A DNA stretch of 64,000 nucleotides from the IMG/VR virus record IMGVR_UViG_3300005686_000008. The stretch is one strand, 5' to 3'. This DNA comes from a virus. Its lineage: Duplodnaviria > Caudoviricetes. Below, one piece after another: positions 51,337 to 59,947 of this stretch. How positions within the stretch are numbered: the first letter of the stretch is position 1; each line of letters opens with the position of its first letter. The position numbers and the translations under genes are program-made. Under the pieces are notes generated by a model that was not told where the DNA came from, searched no databases, and worked only from the letters and a program-made list of their open reading frames with translations.

Positions 51337-51410
51337 GCCCCCGTAAGCTCAATGGTAGAGTTAGGAGTCTCTAAAACTCTTTGTTGCAGGTTCGAGTCCT
51401 GCCGGGGGCG
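51337..51410 (+). tRNA. Amber suppressor tRNA (anticodon CTA)
   Basis: ggagt-CT-CTA-AA-actct; GCCCCCG/CGGGGGC acceptor; canonical D and T arms; G73. Confidence 0.85.
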
Positions 51411-51413
51411 TTT

Positions 51414-51626
51414 ATGGATTTCAAGTATTTAGAACGAAAGCATGGGAGGGCTTTTGTTGTTCAATTGAGAAAAGATTTCAAGGATTTTGAAACTCATATT
51501 AACAATGGAGGCTTTGTTCCCGGCGGAGGCTGGTGCAGCTGTCACGAAAGATATGACTGTCCATGCTGGAAAGAAAGATGGCCTGACCTTGCAAACGAAC
51601 CTTATCCAAGAAAGAAACAATTATGA
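51414..51626 (+). CDS. Hypothetical protein (start corrected to 51414)
   Basis: ATG 3 nt after the suppressor tRNA. Confidence 0.6.
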   Translation: MDFKYLERKHGRAFVVQLRKDFKDFETHINNGGFVPGGGWCSCHERYDCPCWKERWPDLANEPYPRKKQL

Positions 51627-52947
51627 TTTATGCATTTGCATGGGATTGCTATTCTAATCAGCCTTGGCTCTTTGTAGCTAAAGACGAACAAGAAATGCTT
51701 GAAAAGCTAAAGAGAGAGTTCAAAGAGATAGGTAATACTCTCAAAGAACTAAAAGAAAATCTTCGCAAGTCTGATTTTGGGCAGGGGTCTAGGGGTGGAA
51801 ATTTTGAAATCGTAACCCCAAGAGAACCAAAATGAAATTTGAGATAGAAGGTAAAGTTCTTATTGCAAATCAACGGCAAGTAAACGGCCCGGATACTTGT
51901 CGGGAGTTAGATATTACTTACCTGTGTTCCATGCAAGATGCTGATGGCGATTTTATTGGAAATGATAATATCCATATTTCTCTTCCTTATAATATGAAGT
52001 TCAAAGAATCTGCTTTGATGAATATGGAAGGTAAAAGGATTAAAATAACAGTTGAATTGGAGACAGCGTAAATGTACACAACTCTTTCTCTCAAACAAGT
52101 TGACGAAGTTTTCAAGAACGATGGTCTTATTTTAATCATTCTTCATGAAAAACATGGGACTCGTAACGTTGTATCTGAATCTTCTGATGGTTTTTTCAAG
52201 TTCTTTCTTGAACTTCTTAAGGACCGCAAAGATTTTGGCTACTTCCATGAGCCTGATGAACCTCAGAGTCCAAGCATGTCAGAAGATGCTGCTAATGCAT
52301 TACCAGCTGGACCTGTCAAGAAAATGGCTTTGGCAGAAATTGAAAACTACAAGCAAAGTCTCAGGTTCTACAAAAATGATAGAAACGAGTTCTTGACTGT
52401 CAATAAGGCGCTGGAAGAGGGAAATGGTCGTCTTGCTTATTCTATACTTAAATCTCGTTCCGATATGGGAGCTGAGTACGAAGAAATGACAGTTGAAGAG
52501 CCGGAGTATGCCTAATGGTTAAGACAACTATTGTTGAAGTGAGTCAGTTTCTTCCTCCGAATGGTAGAAGGATTGTGGCTCAAGTGGAACTCCCGTCTCA
52601 TATTAAAGAAAAATACGAATCTATTATAAGTAGCGGATGTAGACTGACTTATGAGGTTCTTGGCAATGGCGTGGCTTCTATGACAATAGAAGAACCCGCT
52701 CTTGGCGATTTCGTGATTAGGCTATCTCCGTCTGGTCAAAAAGCCGATTTGGTTCTTACCAAAATGATTGAGTCCTTTAACCAAGAGGAATTCGATAAAT
52801 GGAAGAACCAAAGAAAACAATTCATGTAAAAGATTCCAAATCCGCCAGCGAACAAAAAACTCCGCAAGGCGGCAAATATCACAAGTATATCTTTAAGAAA
52901 ACTCGCCCAAATAGGTTTTCTGCTGCCAAAAATAATAGGCGAGATCA

Positions 52948-53895
52948 ATGACAAAATATGATCTTTACAAAAGAAATGAAAAAATGATAAGGGAAGAATG
53001 GTTCAAAAACCATATTCCTGAGCTTGTCATTTTTCAAGATGATTTTATCAAAATCAAATGGAAAGAACCCGGTACATGGAATATGGCCGTTGTTTACTAC
53101 ATTGACTGTAAGATGGCTTATCTTATGGTTGCTGGTGATCTTGGAGAAGCAACTTATCAATGGTCAGCCCCGATTAGTCTTGATTTCGTCGGCGGATGCA
53201 ACTTAGATTACTTCAATGGCAAATGCAGAGCGAGTTCATGCGGAGAACGAGGCCAAGAGTGGAGTCAGGAAGTTGCAGAAGATTGGGTTCGTTCCTATAT
53301 TGAAGATCATACTCTTGGAGAAGATCAAGGCGATTCTATTTTCGAGTCTTTGTTTTCAGATGGATATGTTGAAGGTCTTCTCAAAGAAAAAGACCCAGAG
53401 ATTGCTCGCTTCTATACAGAAGAAGACTACAAGAGTTGGCGAGAGATTTCTAGAGAAGAAAAAAACAGGTTTATTGCGATTGCCAAAGAATATCTAAGCA
53501 ATCTTGCTAAGACTTCTGAGTGGAAGAAGTTTAGTAAGGTTGATTATCGCAGAGAACTCATTGAAAAGCAAGAAAAGTTTGAGGATTTAGGCCCTGACGC
53601 TATTGGCGCTTGCGAATCTGAGTTTTCTTGGCTTAGGTGGATAGGTGATAATGGATACGAGTTCTTTGGTGATGACTACTACGAGTTTGGAGATATTGGA
53701 CGCACCATATCTCTTCGGGTTCAATCTCACCTAATTGGACTAAAAATGATTCGCGAAGGTATACTTGCCGGCAAGTATATGAATCCTAGTACCAGATGTC
53801 CCTGGCTAAAGTTTTCGAATTGGTTCAGGGGGAAGTTCAAAAAAATCACAAAAATCCGTGGTCCCAGGCTAAACTTTCTGCGGAAAAGCCGATAG
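52948..53895 (+). CDS. Hypothetical phage protein
   Basis: 315-aa ORF with LMVAGDLGEA motif. Confidence 0.65.
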   Translation: MTKYDLYKRNEKMIREEWFKNHIPELVIFQDDFIKIKWKEPGTWNMAVVYYIDCKMAYLMVAGDLGEATYQWSAPISLDFVGGCNLDYFNGKCRASSCGERGQEWSQEVAEDWVRSYIEDHTLGEDQGDSIFESLFSDGYVEGLLKEKDPEIARFYTEEDYKSWREISREEKNRFIAIAKEYLSNLAKTSEWKKFSKVDYRRELIEKQEKFEDLGPDAIGACESEFSWLRWIGDNGYEFFGDDYYEFGDIGRTISLRVQSHLIGLKMIREGILAGKYMNPSTRCPWLKFSNWFRGKFKKITKIRGPRLNFLRKSR

Positions 53896-53904
53896 AGTAA
53901 GAGT

Positions 53905-54063
53905 AGAGTTGTTCGGAAAGTCTGGTATATGTCTCGTATAAACCCTTTTGAAGGCGGGGCAAGCCGCCGCCCGTAAGAGGGGTAGGGTGTAAAAGTACAC
54001 CACCTATGATCAGGGTGGAAGTTGGCTCCCAACCAGCGTTTACCAGATTTTTCGAACAACTCT
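53905..54063 (+). ncRNA. Unassigned structured RNA or leader upstream of the Pth gene
   Basis: ~23-bp closing stem AGAGTTGTTCGGAAAGTCTGGTA/TACCAGATTTTTCGAACAACTCT. Confidence 0.65.
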
Positions 54064-54081
54064 GCATAAAAGGAGTTCAAA

Positions 54082-55281
54082 ATGACGTAGGTACAAACAC
54101 AACCCGTATACTTGTATGTTCTCGTAAGGGAAGACCTTACACCCGTTTCTCAAGTCGCCGTTCAATCGGCGCATGCGGTTATTGAGGCCATTCGAACCTT
54201 TGCTCCCGGCTAGAACCAGGAACATCCGCATCTTGTTCTTCTTTCCGTGAAAAACGAAGAAGAGCTACTGAAGGCCCATGATCGCCTTCAGTATTTTGGC
54301 ATTCAGGTCGCCAAGTTCCAAGAACCTGATTTACTTCGCAAAATTGATACAAAACTTCTTGTAGACCGAAGTAATCCAGTTTCTAAACTGATCAATGGTC
54401 ATCGAGAGTTTAGCAATGTTGCAAGTTTTGCAACATGGAACACAATTTTCTTTGGTATACCCCAAAGAATTGTCAGTTCTATCAATTCCATTATAAACAA
54501 ACCCTCTTTTGCTAAATGGCTTAAGTATTGTTGCTGGTTTTTGACCACAGTATATGCAATCGCTTTGTGTAAGCCTCTTAATATCTTCAAAAGACAAATT
54601 AAAAGATTTGTTTCGTTCTTTTGCACTCTTCTTGTAACTAGCAAACAAAATATTGAAAGGTCCATCAGGATTCCTGATCGAAGTTTTCCAACTACATCCG
54701 CAATTATCGGAAATTCCGCTTCTGAGATTGTGTCCAGAAACAATTTTTTGAGTTCCGCAGGAACATTTACAAAGAAAATACCTACCTCTTCCAGTTATAT
54801 GAGAGGGGCGAGGAACTACAGAAATGACCTTCCATTTCCCGTAAACTTTGCCTGTTTCATCTTTTCCAGTGTTTTGAGTTTGACCAAGGCAGCCACAACT
54901 TTTACTTGTTCCATTGCGAAGACTCTTGCCCATTACCATACGTTGTGTTTTATTAGGACATTGGCATTCGCAAAAGAAAAACTTTGCACTAGAAACAATC
55001 CCTTCAGGTTTTTTGCCTTCAGAAATAACCTTCCATCTACCAAAGATACTACCAATAGGAATTTCAATTTTCATATCCCCTCCAATAAAGTAGTATCGAC
55101 TGTTTCTTCAATAAACAATAATTGCGATAGTTACGAAATAACAGCTATCGCTACGGAACCGCTTCCTGCGGACTCCAAGCTGCGCCGCAAGTTTAGTTGC
55201 TACAACCTTCTCAATTTAGATCCTGGCGAAACCTCTCAAAAAGAGACTGAGCTATCCCCTGCGCGAAAGGAAACTATATGA
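54082..55281 (+). CDS. PTH2-like peptidyl-tRNA hydrolase with in-frame TAG at codons 3 and 44 and an ~800-bp in-frame insertion
   Basis: AAGGAG SD; MT*VQTQPVYLYVLVREDL...QVAVQSAHAV...G*NQEHPHLVLLSVKNEEEL...FQEPDL [insert] YEITAIATEP. Confidence 0.8.
54331..55074 (-). CDS. HNH-type homing endonuclease inserted antisense in the Pth gene
   Basis: Two FGRWKV...CxCxC...SCGC modules; CIYCG...NGIDRTDNSLGYTKENCVPCCKTCNIAK; GGAGGGG SD. Confidence 0.9.
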   Translation of the reverse strand: MKIEIPIGSIFGRWKVISEGKKPEGIVSSAKFFFCECQCPNKTQRMVMGKSLRNGTSKSCGCLGQTQNTGKDETGKVYGKWKVISVVPRPSHITGRGRYFLCKCSCGTQKIVSGHNLRSGISDNCGCSWKTSIRNPDGPFNILFASYKKSAKERNKSFNLSFEDIKRLTQSDCIYCGQKPATILKPFSKRGFVYNGIDRTDNSLGYTKENCVPCCKTCNIAKLSMTIDQFRNWITSVYKKFCINFAK

Positions 55282-56327
55282 ACAGTTTTCCCGTCATTGT
55301 TATCAGCCATATTCAAGATTGCGAACTTGGAAGTTATTTCAGAGGCGAATGCGATTGGAGGCACTGCAAAAGCGCCAACATGGAAACGGGCATTTTCAAC
55401 TCTCTTGAAGATATTGCCAATCATATCGTAAAGCTTGACAGACAATTCTTTGATGAAGTTCAAAGAACTAACTTCTATAGCGAGTTTGAAGAAAAGATCG
55501 CCAGGAACATTACCAAAGAACACGACCCAAAGTTTGAATATTCTCACTTGATTATTTCCAAGAACAGTTTTTCTGATGATAACTTCGGTATCAGCGGAGA
55601 AAACGGGACCATTAATACTCCGACAGACTGGGAATACACGGATGAACTTCTGAAACTCGTTGTTCAGAAAAAGAAAACCGCAACAGCAAATAGGCTTGCA
55701 AATGAGGAGAAACAAAAGATAGAAAAGGAGCAAAAGCAAAAACAACAAGAACAGCAAGAGCAAGAAAGAATGCGTTTGTTAAATGAGGAGCATGATAAAC
55801 AAGAATATGCTCGTCTCAAGGAAAAGTACGAAAACAAGTAACCATTTTTAGAAAGGAAAACAGTTTATGACTACGACTCAGAATATTCAGAAGAACAAGT
55901 TCAATCAGGACGCTTATCAAAGCCGTTGGGGTTTCCATGCTTGCGATTACCAGACTTTCCTCAAGATTAAGAAGCTTTATGGCTTCTATTGGAAGGCTCT
56001 TCGTCGTAATGGCGAATGGAATCGCTGGAATAGGAAGGAGCCTCAAAATAGGATTCTTCGCAAGTGGTATCGTAATGCTCAGGGACAAAAGACTGGATAC
56101 GAGATTGTTGGGCCTAAGCCTGAACCTAAGCTGTATCCTGTTTTCGGTGCTTTGAATTATGTTCTTCAGGGAGACCATGCTCTGAAGGCTATGGGAGTTG
56201 TTGATGCTTACTTGACTGCAAGGCATCCTTATCCAACTGCCGAAGAGGTTCCTCAACTTGGATTGACAATTGAGCAGATCAACAATATGCTCGCTCATCT
56301 TGAAGAGTTTGAGGCTCAATAAATATA

Positions 56328-56360
56328 AGCCACCTAGGAGAAATCTTAGGTGGTTGTTTG
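56328..56360 (+). terminator. Intrinsic terminator
   Basis: AGCCACCTAGGA-GAAA-TCTTAGGTGGTT followed by GTTT. Confidence 0.65.
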
Positions 56361-56706
56361 GTGAAAAGTTACAGGAAACCGTAAAAAGTGAAAAACGATT
56401 GCCTATGCTTGATAGGTCTTTGGCGATTTCCTAGTTCCCCATGATGGCGATATCCCTCCAGAAATGCGTTTTTAGGCCCCACAAGGGCTAAAAATCGAGT
56501 TTTCTCATATTTGCGACGTATAGACGCAAGTTTTAGATGAAACGAAATTACAGAAATAGAACGGCTTTAGACGATGGGTTATTGGTGAAACTCAAATGGT
56601 TAGCATCTACTACCTACCGATAAGGGTAGTTCATAGATAGGGTCAATGGCTAAGAAGCGGGTCATGACTCAAAACAGGTTCGCTTCATTCGAAAAGGATC
56701 GATGAA

Positions 56707-57897
56707 ATGTTGAAGATTAACACAATGCTTGCAGTTCTGGGTATGGCGCTCGCTACAACGAGCTATGGCCAGACGGCGGTTTCTAATGAAGACCGCTCTT
56801 TGACTACGGCTCTTATTGCTGATGCTCAGACCAGAACTGGCTGCGACAGCAATGGTGTAACCGGACATGATTCGTCCGGTTTCTTTCTTTCCGGCAATGA
56901 CGGTTTTAGGATGAATATTGGCGGCGACTTCCAGTTCCGCTATACCTATAACAACAGCGATGATGCTGATGCAGAGTATGGGTTTAATATTCCTCTTACC
57001 CGTCTTCGTTTCAACGGAACGATTCATAACAGTCTTGACTTTATGATCGAGCCGGGCTTTAACGATGACAGCGGCGACGTAGACCTGTATAATGCCTTCA
57101 TTGGTTGGCAGGCTATGGATAATGGAAGGTTGCAGTTTGGTCAGTTCCAGCTTCCTTTCTTGAGGGAAGATAGCACTCCCGACCGCTTCCAGCTTGCTGC
57201 TGATAAGTCCATCATGTCTTACATCTTTGGTCAGGGATACTCCCAGGGCGTTCAGTTTGCATATGACGCTGGCGATTTCCGCATGATTGGAGCCTTCTCT
57301 GACGGATTCAATTCTGCCAATACGGATTACACAGATCCTGCTGAGGCTGATTATTCCCTGACTGCAAGGGCTGAGTATCTTGTTGCTGGATCTAGGTCTG
57401 ATTTCTCAGACTTTACTGCTCAACAGAATCAGCAGAACTCCCTGCTCTTGGGCGGCGCTGTAAACTACCAGGACAGCGACCTTCAGAGTAATGTATTCTC
57501 CTATACGGGAGATGTTTCTTGGGAGAACAGCGGATGGAATGCCTATCTTGCTGGCGTAGGTCGTAATATGGACGATCTTGGCGAGAGCTTCAACGATTAC
57601 GGCGTTGAGCTTCAGGGCGGATATAGGGTTACTGAACAGATTGAGCCGTTCGTTCGTTACGATGCAATCTTTGCTGATAGCGCAAGGAATCTTGCGAACG
57701 ACGACATGAACTTCCTTACCGCTGGCGTAAACTATTACCTTTACGGTCATGCGGCCAAGTTTACTGCTGATGCGGTCTGGTCTCTGGATGACACTTCTGG
57801 TCTTAGCTCTTTGGGCGATTTCTCTCATACGGGAGTCCTCGGTTCACCTGAAGACAATGAGATCACTCTCCGTCTCCAGTTCCAAGTTCTCTTCTAA
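56707..57897 (+). CDS. Outer-membrane porin (OprO/P-like, Phycisphaerae-like)
   Basis: Signal peptide, ADAQTRT, QFRYTYN, GQFQLPFLRE, GVNYYLYGHAAKFTAD, C-terminal LRLQFQVLF. Confidence 0.85.
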   Translation: MLKINTMLAVLGMALATTSYGQTAVSNEDRSLTTALIADAQTRTGCDSNGVTGHDSSGFFLSGNDGFRMNIGGDFQFRYTYNNSDDADAEYGFNIPLTRLRFNGTIHNSLDFMIEPGFNDDSGDVDLYNAFIGWQAMDNGRLQFGQFQLPFLREDSTPDRFQLAADKSIMSYIFGQGYSQGVQFAYDAGDFRMIGAFSDGFNSANTDYTDPAEADYSLTARAEYLVAGSRSDFSDFTAQQNQQNSLLLGGAVNYQDSDLQSNVFSYTGDVSWENSGWNAYLAGVGRNMDDLGESFNDYGVELQGGYRVTEQIEPFVRYDAIFADSARNLANDDMNFLTAGVNYYLYGHAAKFTADAVWSLDDTSGLSSLGDFSHTGVLGSPEDNEITLRLQFQVLF

Positions 57898-57922
57898 ATC
57901 TACTTGAAGTTTGCACAAGTTC

Positions 57923-57951
57923 AAGGGCCGTCCACTCGGGCGGCCCTTTTT
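57923..57951 (+). terminator. Intrinsic terminator
   Basis: AAGGGCCGTCC-ACTC-GGGCGGCCCTTTTT. Confidence 0.85.
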
Positions 57952-57971
57952 GCTTGATGCTATAATGTCTT

Positions 57972-58595
57972 ATGTCTATCTTTCAATATCAATGCACTAT
58001 TTGCAAGAAGTTTCACGATTCCATATCTGAGGCGTCCTCTTGTAAAGAAAACTGTCTCAAGAACAAAGACAGCAGGAATGTCATTGATATATACAAGTAT
58101 TGGAAAACAGAGGCAATAAAGGCAGACCTTGACAAGAAGCGCCACAATTTTTCTGTTTTGATTACAAATCACTTCCATGACTTCAATATTGGGGCTGTTA
58201 TTCGTAACGCAAACGCCTTTCTCGCTTCCAAGGTTTATATATTGGGCAAGAAAAAGTTTGACGCAAGAGGGGCGGTTGGAACAAACCACTATGAGAATCT
58301 GGTGAATATTGATTCGATGGACGATTTACCTCTTGGGAGCGTTATTATTGGATTTGATGATGTTCCTAAAGCAAAGCCGATAGATAGCTATTTGTGGAAT
58401 AAATCTCAACATATTATCATGTGTTTTGGGCAAGAAAGCGTTGGTCTTACCGAAAATGTCCTAAGTCGATGCAATGAAGTCTTGTATATAAGACAGTATG
58501 GCTCAGTAAGAAGCCTAAATGTTGGTTGCGCAAGCGCTATTGCAATGTTCTCGTATTGCCAGCAACTTATCGGAGGACAAAGGCTTGAAAAATAG
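57972..58595 (+). CDS. SpoU/TrmH-family RNA methyltransferase
   Basis: FNIGAVIRNANAF, FGQESVGL, GSVRSLNVGCAS. Confidence 0.9.
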   Translation: MSIFQYQCTICKKFHDSISEASSCKENCLKNKDSRNVIDIYKYWKTEAIKADLDKKRHNFSVLITNHFHDFNIGAVIRNANAFLASKVYILGKKKFDARGAVGTNHYENLVNIDSMDDLPLGSVIIGFDDVPKAKPIDSYLWNKSQHIIMCFGQESVGLTENVLSRCNEVLYIRQYGSVRSLNVGCASAIAMFSYCQQLIGGQRLEK

Positions 58596-59947
58596 TAGGT
58601 AAGTAGAAAGAGAAACTTCATATGACAGATAACCTACCTTCCTTTGGTAAACCATTCAAACCTGTCGTTTTTGCAAGGTTCATGTTAGAAAACGGCGATT
58701 CGATATCAATAGAAGGAAACTCGATAACTCAAGTGTTTTTTGAAATGCACAAGAGATTTCCGGAAAACTTCAAATATAAGTCGATAGAGTTTTCTGGGAA
58801 AGACCATGAAGAAGCAAAAAAGAACATGGAAGAATTTTTCTTCCTTGTAAAGAAATATGGATAGTAAACATGGAAAAGCACAGTAAAGCAGCATTGGATT
58901 CTATTTCATGTCCGTTCGCAGTAAACTTTGCTGATTTCAATTTTGGCAGCATACGGTCTGTTATTTCTGTAGACGATTATGCATGTTCCATAATCGTTGA
59001 AACAGAAGATAATCAAAGATTCCTTATTGAAATTCCGAAGAATATTTTTTCTGCAATATGGAGTGCAGGAGAGAAGAATGTTATCGAGCAGGATCCTGGA
59101 TTCAATGATATGTACTAAACGAGGGAGGAGCTATGAAAAGGATGGCGGCATTTGATTTTGAAATAGTTAGATTACTAGGACCGCCAAGAATAAGCTGTAA
59201 GTTTATAACAGACACAAATGATTCTATTACTTTTTATGGCGATACCGTTGAAGACATATTTGAACAATGCAAAAACAAGTTTCCAGAAGGCATGAAAACT
59301 AAAGGCATTATACTAAGCGGAGCAAATCCGATAGATGCCAAATATAACTTCTGCGCTTTAATAAGTCTTGGCCTAAGTAGCGGTTATTTCAAAGATACCG
59401 ATTTCAATGGACAAGATGAAGAACAAGAAAACGAAGATGAGCAATAGCGACCAGCTAAGTTCTGAGCCTGAATTTTCTCAAGAATATGGATGTATTCCTA
59501 ACAATTATACTCTTTACGCTCATTCGTGGACATCAGAAATTCATGTAAGTAAAAGGGTTGAAGAAATGACATTCCCATCAGATATTTTTGCTCGTATATT
59601 CGAATATGATAAAGAGTCTGCTCTTACTCTTCTGTTTATGCAATCTTGTATAGATAGCAGAACCAATAAAGAGGTAACTCCAGAATTCCTAGAAAAAACC
59701 TACACAAAGGTTTCCGCTATAGCTAAAAAACTTGCCAGTCAGATGGAAGAGGCTCAGAGAAAGAAAAACCGAGATGTACTATCTACGCCTCAGCCCTGTT
59801 CTCCTCTTGAAAAAAATCCATGCAAGTCTTTGGAGATGAGAGTCCCAATGTGACTCTTTTGGTGCTTTGCTTTTTAGTAGACGCCGACTAAACTTTCTAT
59901 CTCTAACTGAATGGTGTCTCAGCAGACAAACATTGAGGATATACCAA

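Noticed and set aside
594-51413. ORF-track N-terminal extensions at 594, 2779, 3044, 13500 and 51381
   Set aside because: They run through tRNA genes; the ATG just after each tRNA is the plausible start.
54334-55130. Group I/II intron or intein in Pth
   Set aside because: The insert is almost entirely the antisense HNH gene plus its promoter. There is no room for a ribozyme core, and no intein N-terminal Cys/Ser with a His-Asn end is evident.
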